DNA from: Candidatus Parcubacteria bacterium
GTDB lineage: Bacteria; Patescibacteriota; Minisyncoccia; Phycocordibacterales; CAIZLB01
Assembly: GCA_039795875.1 (NCBI GenBank)
Contig: JBDKKY010000002.1
Coordinates: forward strand, 1-54,341
Direction of reading: 5' to 3'
DNA: 54,341 bases
In this document: in pieces, positions 26,435 through 36,067 of the stretch
How positions within the stretch are numbered: position 1 is the first letter of the stretch
Layout: each line of letters begins with the position of its first letter
Made by a program: the position numbers and the translations under genes
The notes under the pieces: model-generated
The model's input: the letters and a program-made list of their open reading frames with translations, nothing else
Databases searched by the model: none
Told to the model about the DNA's origin: nothing

Positions 26435-29400
26435 ATGACTACATATTCACGTTTTATATTTGCGGCCATGGTCGCCTTGTTGATCTCAACCACACCTATA
26501 TATGCACAGATCCCAGACAAGCTCCCTGACTTTGCCGGTCCCAACTTCGAAATGCCCGCCAACACAGTCAATTGTTTTGATTACTATACCTTTGGAAGCG
26601 TCCAGGCTGACTTTTCTCCAGCAGTGTCTACTGTGGTCGCTGGTACCAAGATGAGTTTCTCAGGACATCTCGACAACAATAATCCATATCCAATTGTGAA
26701 TGGTAAGTTGATCGTCAAAATATTTAAGATACACGGCGATCAAACACAGAAGAATATCTTTGGTCCTGATGTTGTTGATGAATTTGTAGCCATGGACAAT
26801 GTAACAATGCGGGCAAATGGCTCTACGTCGCTAAATTTTACATGGATTGTCCCTGGAAATATAGCATCAGGCGAGTATAAAGCAGTTACATTTTTTACAG
26901 TCGCAGACAAGTTCAATCTACTAGGCCTTTCTTTTACGGATGATGTGGTTGGTAATACGTTTGATTTTAAAATAATTGGTAATGCCGAGTCTGTATATTT
27001 TAATAAATCAACAGTAACAGTTGATGGAAATCCTTATTATTTTGCTGCATATCCTCCTAGAGTTGATACAACAGAACCTATTACCGTAACGGCAGAGGTG
27101 GTCAATGGTATGGACACTGTCCAAAATATACCAGTTGTGTGGCAGGTGTATGCGTGGGATTCTCAGAATGAGGAGAACCGTATTGTTGAATATAAGCAGA
27201 TGGTTGAAGTTGGTCCCAGATCAAAGACAACAGTTTCGTACAAAATTACTGACAATGCTCATCCTGTCTACTACGTTAAAGCGCAGTCACTGTATAAGGA
27301 TGTAAAATCAATTCTTGGTATAAGATTTGTCAGAAGAGAAATAAATACGATACGTATCAATTTCCCTTCAATATTGAAATATCCACTCCAAAAAGGTGAA
27401 GAACAAACCCTTTTCTCATGTCTACATTCAGTCAGTGATACTGCCCCAACCCCAATCGGAACACTTAAACTCACATTGGAGGATACTGATGGTCACATCA
27501 TACATGAATACACATACAAAGGGCCTATCACCGGTATGATGATGGGTGTTGCAGATCGTTTTGTTCCAGAGAAGGAGTACAAAGACTTCAAACTGAAGGC
27601 AGAGATATCTGATGCTGATGGTAAGCTGATAGAGTCTGTGAATTTGTTGTATTCATGTGAGCTTATCGATCCGTCGGCATGTGGAAAAGATACGCATAAG
27701 TACATAACTCTCCTGTTGAGCATATTGGCGGCACTAGTGGTCTTAGCCTTTTTTATCGCGAGAAGAAGAACAAAGACCACTGTCGCGTGTCTAGCATTTA
27801 TAGTATTTAGCCTGTTTGGTCCAAAAAATGTTTTAGCTGATGATATCCAATGGAATCAAGTTATCAATAGAGGATTTTCATTCTACTATGATAGCACTTG
27901 GGACAGTAGTTTGCCTTCCAACACTATATCTGGTTGGCATATAGGTTTGCTTACACCAAATGTAACAGTACGGTACTCGGCAGAAGTTAAGAACGTGGAT
28001 ACGAATGAGATTCTGTCTAGTGGTGCAAATCTTCAGCAGGGTAGTCGTCTCGACTTTACATTTAAACCACATTTATCCACAGACATATCCTGGTTTGGAA
28101 CAGGTTTCTCGACAGATAGTCCGTATGGTGAGTGGGGAGCCGTTAGTTCTCCTCCTGCAGTCTCTTGTCTAACTAAAGACTTCGTAAACTATGATACCTC
28201 ACCACCTCCTTTAAATTTTGCAATATACGTACCACTAGTTATTGAGGCACCTGTTAAACAGTTGACTAATACTACAGGTATGAGTTGTGTCGACCTCAAT
28301 TCCACAACTAAGCGGTGTACAGTGACGGATATCGGCAATCTAAATCCAACTTTCAGTTTTGCTGCGACCACAGGTAAGTTTTTCTTTAGATTGAAAGGTC
28401 AAAGCTATTTTGGAGGCAGGTGTGTTGGAAACAATGTAGCCTTACAAGCCATCACTAGTTCTACAACTACCGTGCCGTATGATGTGGTGGTACCACAACA
28501 AACTATTTCATATAGTTTTACTTCAGTAACCAACTCACAACCTCCGACAAATCCAATAATAACTGGTAATACAACGGGTTACACAGGCCAAACCTATACG
28601 TTTGGTGTCGTTTCTACAGATCCGGATAATGACCAATTAAAATACGGTATAGATTGGTCCAATACAGGGAATGTCAGCGAATGGGTCCCTGGCAGCGGAT
28701 ATGTTCCTGATGAGACAGTACAGACAACAACAAGTTCTTGGAGTACGCCAGGTACATATACGTTCAAGGCAAAAGCTCAAGATAGTAGAGGAGCTAACTC
28801 GGGATGGACCAGCCATACAATCACCATCCTAGCCGATCGGTGTACCAACTTGTCTGGGGTCCAGTCTGCGCCAGCTTTTCAGGCTAATGGACGAGATTAT
28901 TTTCACTCACTTGATGATGGAAAACTATATTTCTCTCTGGCAGGGTCAGGTGCTGGTGTCGCTTGCTCTGTTGATATGTGTGCAGACACATCGGCGATAG
29001 AAGCTGAGATACCCGAAGGGTATCAATGGGATCTGTCTTCAAGTGATCCATACACTCGGTACTCTTGTGTCCTCGACACAGCAGAAACTTGCTCATGTGT
29101 CGGTAGAAATTATACATGCATGGACAACGGTGTTCAAACAAGTCAGATAACCAATGCCGCTCAATGTGCACTAACAGCCATCTGTACATACCCAACACCT
29201 GTCACCGGCAATCAAGTTACATTCACTTTCAGCGCTATCAACGTCCTCGGTGCACTGATCGGAGGAGGGGCCTCGGTAAAAGATATTCCAACGACAGGTA
29301 GTGGCACCATAACCGAAACACGAACGTTGTCTGATAATAGTGATGGCCAGGCCAGCTCAGCAACGTGTCAGTACGCATATGCCAACAGTACCTCAAGCCC

Positions 29401-29653
29401 ACGTATTATAAACTTCTCCGCTTCGAAGATTGTGGAGAAAGGCCAGAGCTGTGTGTTCTCATGGGAAACTCAAGATATGACATCGTGCACATTGGGAGGT
29501 GTGGACTATGGTGTATTTAACATACACGCGTTCCCAACAACTCTCGGCAATAATATAAGCAAGATTCTGAGCTGTATCTCAAATGAAGTCACCCCTCGAA
29601 CCTTCTCAGACACACGGACTTGTTTGGTAAAACCAAGTGTCGTGGAGAAATAG
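26435..29653 (+). CDS. giant envelope protein, paralog A (signal peptide, ectodomain, TM pair, PKD-like domain, Cys-rich C-terminal module)
   Basis: N-terminal signal FIFAAMVALLISTTPIYA. Internal ITLLLSILAALVVLAFFIARRRTK followed by VACLAFIVFSLFGPKNVLA. PKD-like block GYTGQTYTFGVVSTDPDNDQLKYGIDW...YTFKAKAQDSRG. The C-terminal ~270 aa are homologous to 31883-34606. Confidence 0.7.
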   Translation: MTTYSRFIFAAMVALLISTTPIYAQIPDKLPDFAGPNFEMPANTVNCFDYYTFGSVQADFSPAVSTVVAGTKMSFSGHLDNNNPYPIVNGKLIVKIFKIHGDQTQKNIFGPDVVDEFVAMDNVTMRANGSTSLNFTWIVPGNIASGEYKAVTFFTVADKFNLLGLSFTDDVVGNTFDFKIIGNAESVYFNKSTVTVDGNPYYFAAYPPRVDTTEPITVTAEVVNGMDTVQNIPVVWQVYAWDSQNEENRIVEYKQMVEVGPRSKTTVSYKITDNAHPVYYVKAQSLYKDVKSILGIRFVRREINTIRINFPSILKYPLQKGEEQTLFSCLHSVSDTAPTPIGTLKLTLEDTDGHIIHEYTYKGPITGMMMGVADRFVPEKEYKDFKLKAEISDADGKLIESVNLLYSCELIDPSACGKDTHKYITLLLSILAALVVLAFFIARRRTKTTVACLAFIVFSLFGPKNVLADDIQWNQVINRGFSFYYDSTWDSSLPSNTISGWHIGLLTPNVTVRYSAEVKNVDTNEILSSGANLQQGSRLDFTFKPHLSTDISWFGTGFSTDSPYGEWGAVSSPPAVSCLTKDFVNYDTSPPPLNFAIYVPLVIEAPVKQLTNTTGMSCVDLNSTTKRCTVTDIGNLNPTFSFAATTGKFFFRLKGQSYFGGRCVGNNVALQAITSSTTTVPYDVVVPQQTISYSFTSVTNSQPPTNPIITGNTTGYTGQTYTFGVVSTDPDNDQLKYGIDWSNTGNVSEWVPGSGYVPDETVQTTTSSWSTPGTYTFKAKAQDSRGANSGWTSHTITILADRCTNLSGVQSAPAFQANGRDYFHSLDDGKLYFSLAGSGAGVACSVDMCADTSAIEAEIPEGYQWDLSSSDPYTRYSCVLDTAETCSCVGRNYTCMDNGVQTSQITNAAQCALTAICTYPTPVTGNQVTFTFSAINVLGALIGGGASVKDIPTTGSGTITETRTLSDNSDGQASSATCQYAYANSTSSPRIINFSASKIVEKGQSCVFSWETQDMTSCTLGGVDYGVFNIHAFPTTLGNNISKILSCISNEVTPRTFSDTRTCLVKPSVVEK

Positions 29654-29737
29654 ACCAGATAAAGCCCCTCTGACCACACCTCCACCTAGATTCCTAGGTG
29701 GCACACGGGACCAAAAATTGGTATAATGGACCGTATT

Positions 29738-31849
29738 ATGGCAGACAAACCAGCAAAGAAATCAACATATGATGCAAGCTCGATTCAGGTTTTGGAGGGT
29801 CTAGAACCAGTTCGAAAACGTCCTGGTATGTATATTGGTACAACCGGTCCAGAAGGATTGCATCACTTGATCAATGAGATTTTTGACAACTCTCGAGATG
29901 AGGCCATGGGAGGCTTTGCTGACCGTGTTGAAGTTGCACTTCTTCCAGGTGGATATATCCGTGTAGTGGATAATGGCCGAGGTATTCCAACTGGTATTCA
30001 TCCAAAGACAAAGGTATCTGCATTGGAAACAACTATGACAGTACTCCACGCCGGAGGAAAATTTGGTGGTGAAGGATATAAAGTATCTGGAGGTTTGCAC
30101 GGCGTTGGTGCTTCTGTAGTAAACGCTCTTTCGGTTCATACGACTGTTACTGTGCATCAAGAAGGCGGTAAATTTTTCCAAGAGTATGAAATAGGAAAAC
30201 CAAAAGCACCAGTAAAGAAGATCGGTACATCAAAGATACATGGAACCATAACCATGTGGAAGGCGGACGATACTATATTTAAGGACGGTATCAACTACGA
30301 TTGGAATAAGATTATGTCTCACTTGCGACAGCAGGCGTATCTGGTGAAAGGCCTGAAGATCCACGTTATCGATCTGCGAGAGCTTGAGATGTCAGAGAAA
30401 GAGGTGCAGAAGCTGGTAGCTGACGCGGTGTATTTGTATGATGAGGGATTGGTGTCACCATCGATGTCTTTCTACTTTGAAGGAGGATTACGATCATTGG
30501 TAGCATTTTACAATCAGCATCAGAAAGTTATTCACAAGAATATTTTTTATATTGAGAAAGATTACGTATCAAACGATAAAGGTGCAGAAGGTGTGAATGT
30601 CCAGGTGGAGATTGCTTTACAATATATTGATGATATCAACATCAAACTTATTGCATTCGCTAACAATACGTATAACATCGAAGGGGGAACACACATCACT
30701 GGATTCAAGACTGCTTTGACTCGAACTCTAAACACATATGGTAAGAAGAATAACCTCATCAAAGACGATGAATCATTTACCGGAGACGATGTACTCGAAG
30801 GTTTGTGTGCTGTGGTCTCTGTTAAGTTGCAAGAGATACAGTTTGAAGGACAGACCAAAGCTAAGCTTGGATCAACAGAAGCCCAATCAGCAACTAGTTC
30901 GGTATTTGGCGAAGGCTTCTCATCCTTCCTAGAAGAACATCCAGAAGAAGCAAAAGCTATTATTGCCAAAGTTGTTATGGCTGTGCGCGCCCGAAAAGCG
31001 GCTAAGGCAGCCAAGGATTCTATCTTGCGAAAAGGTGCACTCGAAGGCATGACTCTTCCTGGTAAACTGGCTGATTGTCAATCTCGGAAAGCTGAAGAGT
31101 CAGAATTGTTCATCGTGGAGGGAGATTCTGCGGGAGGTACAGCTGTGATGGGACGAGACCGAAAAACTCAAGCGGTATTGCCGCTCCGAGGTAAGATATT
31201 GAATATCGAACGAGCTCGGCTGGATAAGATCTTGGCCTCAGAGCAAGTGCGAAACCTGGTGGTAGCTTTGGGAACTGCTATTGGTGACGTTTTTGATATT
31301 ACTAAGCTACGGTATCATAAGATTATTATTGCTACCGATGCCGACGTTGATGGTGCCCATATTCGAACGCTGATCTTAACGTTGTTGTACCGATATTTTA
31401 AACCACTTATTGATGGAGGATTCATCTATATCGCTCAACCTCCCCTATATAAGATCAAATATGGCAAAGAAGTTGGATATGCCTATTCTGATGATGAGAA
31501 GCGAGCTTATCTCAAAACTCTAGGCGTGGCCGAAGAAACAGTCGAAGTGAAAGATGAAGCTGAAGACGGCGATGATGCATCTGAGTCCGACGAAGAAGAA
31601 GTGGAAGGCATCGATACAAAAACTCGGGCCAAGAAAGTCCTGATACAGCGATATAAAGGTCTCGGAGAAATGAACGCTGATGAACTCGGAGAAACAACGA
31701 TGGACGTAAATAAGCGAGTATTAAAACAAGTAACTATTGATGATATCGTTGAAGCGGACAGGGTGATCGATGTATTGATGGGAACCGACGTTGCGTCGAG
31801 AAAGAGCTTTATCCAGACAAATGCCAAGAGTGCCAATCTGGACATCTAG
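29738..31849 (+). CDS. gyrB: DNA gyrase subunit B
   Basis: LEGLEPVRKRPGMYIG, GLHHLINEIFDNSRDE, Toprim motifs EGDSAGG and PLRGKILN, and DADVDGAHI. The ATG at 29738 is preferred because the ATG at 29726 overlaps the -10 box. Confidence 0.95.
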   Translation: MADKPAKKSTYDASSIQVLEGLEPVRKRPGMYIGTTGPEGLHHLINEIFDNSRDEAMGGFADRVEVALLPGGYIRVVDNGRGIPTGIHPKTKVSALETTMTVLHAGGKFGGEGYKVSGGLHGVGASVVNALSVHTTVTVHQEGGKFFQEYEIGKPKAPVKKIGTSKIHGTITMWKADDTIFKDGINYDWNKIMSHLRQQAYLVKGLKIHVIDLRELEMSEKEVQKLVADAVYLYDEGLVSPSMSFYFEGGLRSLVAFYNQHQKVIHKNIFYIEKDYVSNDKGAEGVNVQVEIALQYIDDINIKLIAFANNTYNIEGGTHITGFKTALTRTLNTYGKKNNLIKDDESFTGDDVLEGLCAVVSVKLQEIQFEGQTKAKLGSTEAQSATSSVFGEGFSSFLEEHPEEAKAIIAKVVMAVRARKAAKAAKDSILRKGALEGMTLPGKLADCQSRKAEESELFIVEGDSAGGTAVMGRDRKTQAVLPLRGKILNIERARLDKILASEQVRNLVVALGTAIGDVFDITKLRYHKIIIATDADVDGAHIRTLILTLLYRYFKPLIDGGFIYIAQPPLYKIKYGKEVGYAYSDDEKRAYLKTLGVAEETVEVKDEAEDGDDASESDEEEVEGIDTKTRAKKVLIQRYKGLGEMNADELGETTMDVNKRVLKQVTIDDIVEADRVIDVLMGTDVASRKSFIQTNAKSANLDI

Positions 31850-31882
31850 TGAACACCAAGCGGCAATGCTATAATTGTAAGC

Positions 31883-34606
31883 ATGAAGAAAACATTAATC
31901 TCGTGCTTATTTTTATATACATTATTCGTAACAAGCTCTACAGTTAGTGCCGCTGTATACTATCCGAAAAGCGTCTCCTTGGCCGCTGAGAACTCGACCT
32001 ACGATGGTGGAGTTCTGGAAGTGGTACAGATTTCTCTCAAAGATAAAGAAGTTCAGGTACGGCCTGAGAAAATGAAGTATGACATCGGTGTAGCTCGTGA
32101 ACTCAAATCGGGCAACTTGGTACAGTATCAGATCATAAACACTAACACTACCAACTATGCCAGTCTCCAGAATAATAAGTTTCTATATCAAGTACAAATT
32201 CCCAATATTTTTGATCAAAAAAATGATACCTACGTTGTCTATATAAAGTCATATCCTGAACAGAATCCAGACGCTGAAGATTTTTTGGTTAGCAAGTCTT
32301 TCACTATCAAAGCTACTACAAAACCAACTGTTCTTTTGGAAGAGGCAACTATTTTGACAAATACCGGAGAGGCATTTGGTCTACAAGTCGGCCCCACTCT
32401 CTATAAGAATGCTAAGAAAGCCTCAAATGCCACTTCAGCTGAATTGGTTTTATCTTTGAATGCCAATAAGATCACCGATGTTCAAGGGACTTTGTCATTT
32501 ACAAAATTACGCTCAAATGCGTTTTTATATAGCCAAGATGTAAAATTTACAGCACTAGCCCGGGGGAATGTTCAAACTATTGCATTGCCAACGTTTGATT
32601 ATGCACCAGGTGTGTATCTAGGAGAGTTGCATTTAACAGCGGCTGATGGAGTACAGCTTCCGGAAAAGATTGATTTTCAATATATTATAGACGGACCGAT
32701 AGTTACGATGGGGCAAGTCCAGTTTATTGAAAATTCTGGACCGATAACAGAATTTGAAATTCCTGTTTTTGGAAAACCGCATGATATATATACCAATGGT
32801 GATGTGACGACTTCTGCCAGTTCAACGCCGGAAGTATACAGCACCACTTTCACGTTTTATGATAAAAACGGAAATGTTCTTGGTCAACTTGTTACAGAGT
32901 TAGATTACAACAAAACCTCAAGACAGAAACTACTCGTAGAAAATCTAGATTGGAAAAGAGTCTCAAAAATGCATGTAGGAGTTGTTGATGCGGCTGGGGG
33001 AGTTATATATTCTACAGACCAGGATGTCTTTGTTCCGTTACCTAAAAAAGACATAGTCAATCTGTTCTATGCCCTTATTATCATCTGCCTAGGTATCGCT
33101 TGGTATGGACTGTCTCGTCGAAAATCAATCTTGGTTTGGACTGTTATTCTGGCTCTTATCTGTGCAGCAGGATATGCATTCGCCTCTTGGACTCCCACAG
33201 GAGCAGATGGTGAACCGATAAACTTTGGAGCTGGTGATGATCAAATATTTTTAACATTCAATCAAGATTTTCCAAATCAACCAGTCAGCTGTAGTGAAGA
33301 CACGGATGTCTTTCTAAAAATGGTATTTCTTGAATGCCAGAACCGGGTTAGAGACGCGGCCGCTTTTGGTATTTCACGTATTAGTATGGAAGATGCACGA
33401 GCTCACTCGGCCACTATGAACTATACTATTGCCACAAGTACATGTGCGACACAGGTGTCACCTCAGTTGATTGCCTTTATGCTACGACGCTTCCATAGAG
33501 AGTATGTGTGTGGCGCAGGAGGTCATGATCAGTTCTTATATACAACTGATTTTATGAAAATTGCTTCTGTACGTGGTCCGGTTGCTCCAAATTCAAAATT
33601 GTATATATCTATCAAAGGAACCAAGAACTTGCGTACTGAATATGCCTTACCACTTGCAACCAGCAATTGTGATAGATGTTCAAATGTAGAAGGTGAGCAA
33701 CTTGTTCGAAATTTTACAAAGTACGGTCGTGATTATTTCCACTCATCGGCAGATGGTAAATTGTATTTTGCCCCATCCACGGCTTTAGGTGCTTCTATAT
33801 GTAACGTCGACATGTGCGCAGATACAGAGGTTTTGGAAAATGAAATCCCAGATGATAAAGAATGGAATCTCAGTGCCACTGACGAATTTACCAAATACTC
33901 ATGTCAGCAAAGAGAAAATACGGCTTGTTCGTGTTCGGGTCGTGATCGAACATGTACAGAAAATGGCGTCACTAACACTACTACAAACGCTCCGCAGTGT
34001 GCGTTACAAGCGTACTGTGCAGTTTCCAAATCTAATGATCAATCAAGTGCGACGTTTAGCTTCTCAGTTTTGAATGGATTGGGTGCCATAAGTTACAGCA
34101 GCGGAGCACAAACAGAGACGGTCCCACTTTCGGTCGGCGAAACTGTCACCCGAAGCATAACGGCCACAGACGCCTTTGATGGACAGACGTCAACGGCCAG
34201 CTGTTCAGCTGCAAACACAGGCACTACTGCTACAAGCGGGAATCCAACAGTAGGAGACCCTGATAACACCTGTGTTCCAGGCATCGACAGATGTCCGTGT
34301 ATACTAGGAGATAATTGTCCCGGAGATCCAAACGGAGTACAACCAAAAATAGTTACATTTACCGGAACCAAGATTGTTGATCGAGGACGAGCCTGTGAAT
34401 TTGTGTGGAGTACTCAATATTTTGATTCATGTACTATGAATGGCCAGTCGGTAACCGCAAGTGACCGAGAGAGCGTCAATACCTCAAATGGCAACAATGT
34501 TGTACGGAGGCTGTTATGTGTGTATGGGGGAAATGGAGGATCAACGCCGATCACTGAGGCAAAAACAGTTACTTGTTTGGTGCGACCTACAGTCGTAGAA
34601 CAATAA
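31883..34606 (+). CDS. giant envelope protein, paralog B
   Basis: Signal peptide LFLYTLFVTSSTVSA. Internal LFYALIIICLGIAWYGLSRRKS followed by ILVWTVILALICAAGYAFA. The C-terminal Cys-rich module aligns with paralog A (GRDYFHS..DGKLYF, VDMCADT, YSC, CSC.GR..TC..NGV, QCAL, TCLV.P.VVE). Confidence 0.7.
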   Translation: MKKTLISCLFLYTLFVTSSTVSAAVYYPKSVSLAAENSTYDGGVLEVVQISLKDKEVQVRPEKMKYDIGVARELKSGNLVQYQIINTNTTNYASLQNNKFLYQVQIPNIFDQKNDTYVVYIKSYPEQNPDAEDFLVSKSFTIKATTKPTVLLEEATILTNTGEAFGLQVGPTLYKNAKKASNATSAELVLSLNANKITDVQGTLSFTKLRSNAFLYSQDVKFTALARGNVQTIALPTFDYAPGVYLGELHLTAADGVQLPEKIDFQYIIDGPIVTMGQVQFIENSGPITEFEIPVFGKPHDIYTNGDVTTSASSTPEVYSTTFTFYDKNGNVLGQLVTELDYNKTSRQKLLVENLDWKRVSKMHVGVVDAAGGVIYSTDQDVFVPLPKKDIVNLFYALIIICLGIAWYGLSRRKSILVWTVILALICAAGYAFASWTPTGADGEPINFGAGDDQIFLTFNQDFPNQPVSCSEDTDVFLKMVFLECQNRVRDAAAFGISRISMEDARAHSATMNYTIATSTCATQVSPQLIAFMLRRFHREYVCGAGGHDQFLYTTDFMKIASVRGPVAPNSKLYISIKGTKNLRTEYALPLATSNCDRCSNVEGEQLVRNFTKYGRDYFHSSADGKLYFAPSTALGASICNVDMCADTEVLENEIPDDKEWNLSATDEFTKYSCQQRENTACSCSGRDRTCTENGVTNTTTNAPQCALQAYCAVSKSNDQSSATFSFSVLNGLGAISYSSGAQTETVPLSVGETVTRSITATDAFDGQTSTASCSAANTGTTATSGNPTVGDPDNTCVPGIDRCPCILGDNCPGDPNGVQPKIVTFTGTKIVDRGRACEFVWSTQYFDSCTMNGQSVTASDRESVNTSNGNNVVRRLLCVYGGNGGSTPITEAKTVTCLVRPTVVEQ

Positions 34607-34688
34607 TAAACAGAAATTGATATAATTGTAAGGACATGGCCGCCTCTACTACTTGTTAAAATCTCTTTGTGGATAACTTGGGCTTGAC

Positions 34689-34716
34689 TTGACACAAAAT
34701 CCATATGTCGTATAAT
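34689..34716 (+). promoter_or_regulatory. consensus sigma70 promoter (TTGACA, 16 nt, TATAAT) of the G+C-rich secreted-protein gene
   Basis: ttgaca at 34689-34694 and tataat at 34711-34716. AGGAG at 34763-34767 lies in the ~60-nt leader. Confidence 0.5.
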
Positions 34717-34782
34717 GTATTGTAGGCATACCCCTGTACCTTGATATCGTTTCAAGCGTATTAGGAGTTGCATCTACACCCT

Positions 34783-35922
34783 ATGAACACCACCACACAG
34801 GCCAGAGTGATCTGGCTGGTTTGCCTTCTGGCGTCGCTCTTCGGAGTTGCACAGAAGGGTATGGGAGACCCGACCAATGCCGTTGAGGCAGTAGTCGTGG
34901 CCGAACGTCTGAGCCTCGAGAGGCCAGACCCCCGCAAGCCATTCACCTCGTGGATGGCTCCAACAGGAGAGGAGGCCTCACAGCCAAGTCTCTACCTCAC
35001 TGAGCCCAAAGCTCAGATCAACAACCCTAACACGCGGTTCTATATTTCAGTGCTGATCCGGTTTCGCATCAAAGCGACAGGGGAATGGGTAGCTATCAAG
35101 CAGCCCAATCCAACGAACCTCTCGTTTAGTTTCAATGGCCGAAAGTATCGTGAAGGTTATGCGCCCGCTTCGGTGGGCGGCGCCTTCAACATACTCGCGA
35201 CCAACTCGGTCTATACCGATGTGGCTACTCCAGACCCGAACCCGACAACGGGGAAGGCTTGGATCTATGGCGTCCGAAATGGCGCCATTGTCACAACGGC
35301 TGGGACGAAAGTCTCGTTGACTGAAGCGGACGGAGCGGTACGCCGCAATCCAGGAGAAGGCGATTTCCTGGTAAACCCAAATGTCGGTCTGGAGATCGAC
35401 GAATTCTGGGTGGTAGGGGCTGAACAGAAGCTGTCAACAGGATTTGTGAACGCTGCTAACAACACGTTCGCCTTCTGGCAGTCGTTCAATATCCCCTTTG
35501 ATATGGTGATCGAGGTCACGAATTCGGTTGCCGTTGATGCGGCACTGAACACCCAAAACGGCTGTCGGTACTTTCCCGACTACGGAGCTTTCCGTTTTCC
35601 CACGATATACTGTGGGACACAGGATGGACCAGTCCGCCCTGTGCTCGAGCTTGCAACCGACTTGCGCCGCCTGACTCTCCGACATGGAAAGTTTGGTGAT
35701 TGGATCGTCCAAGGCTCTGGAGACATGGCCTCGGGGTGGTTCAACCTCCCCGGCTACAAGTTCCAGGCTCCACCGGACTTCTTCCTTGAAGATCGTCGAG
35801 ATATGACCATCGAGCTCCCCGCTCCTGGTCAGATCACGACACCTCCGCCAACGAGGATGTATTTTAGGGCATACTCGCCGAAACCCTACACACCGCCGTA
35901 TGTGCTGAGTTCACCTCCCTGA
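34783..35922 (+). CDS. orphan secreted protein encoded by a G+C-rich insert (the ORF track TTG start is at 34768)
   Basis: 379 aa. Signal-peptide-like N-terminus MNTTTQARVIWLVCLLASLFGVAQ, a Pro-rich C-terminus, G+C strikingly above both flanks, and no family motif recognised. Confidence 0.6.
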   Translation: MNTTTQARVIWLVCLLASLFGVAQKGMGDPTNAVEAVVVAERLSLERPDPRKPFTSWMAPTGEEASQPSLYLTEPKAQINNPNTRFYISVLIRFRIKATGEWVAIKQPNPTNLSFSFNGRKYREGYAPASVGGAFNILATNSVYTDVATPDPNPTTGKAWIYGVRNGAIVTTAGTKVSLTEADGAVRRNPGEGDFLVNPNVGLEIDEFWVVGAEQKLSTGFVNAANNTFAFWQSFNIPFDMVIEVTNSVAVDAALNTQNGCRYFPDYGAFRFPTIYCGTQDGPVRPVLELATDLRRLTLRHGKFGDWIVQGSGDMASGWFNLPGYKFQAPPDFFLEDRRDMTIELPAPGQITTPPPTRMYFRAYSPKPYTPPYVLSSPP

Positions 35923-35975
35923 CGTCTGAACCGCGTCAACCGATGGCCCAAAAATAAGCCCATCAAAAATTCACC

Positions 35976-36015
35976 CCGCCCGCTTCTGGCAACAGAAGTG
36001 AGCGGTGTTTTTTTT
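35976..36015 (+). terminator. intrinsic terminator of the G+C-rich gene
   Basis: CCGCCCGCTTCTG-GCAA-CAGAAGTGAGCGG stem-loop with a GNRA-like loop, followed by T8 (36008-36015). Confidence 0.7.
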
Positions 36016-36034
36016 GCTTTGTTTTGCCAAATGT

Positions 36035-36054
36035 AAAAACCGCCTTTCGGCGGT
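36035..36054 (-). terminator. intrinsic terminator of the convergent surface-protein gene
   Basis: The plus strand reads aaaaACCGCCtttcGGCGGTtt. On the minus strand this is a stem followed by a U-run. Confidence 0.6.
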
Positions 36055-36067
36055 TTCAACTCGTTTC

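Noticed and set aside
29726-29737. The upstream ATG (MDRIMADK...) as the gyrB start.
   Set aside because: This ATG overlaps the TGgTATAAT -10 box itself. The ATG at 29738 sits 10 nt downstream, matching the leaderless pattern of other genes.
30562-31050. A 162-aa ORF antisense to gyrB. There are similar antisense ORFs in ctp (45400-45912), frr (46939-47397), rseP (48031-48489) and the 34783-35922 gene (35265-35712).
   Set aside because: Each lies entirely inside a well-supported gene on the other strand, with no promoter or start context and no motifs.
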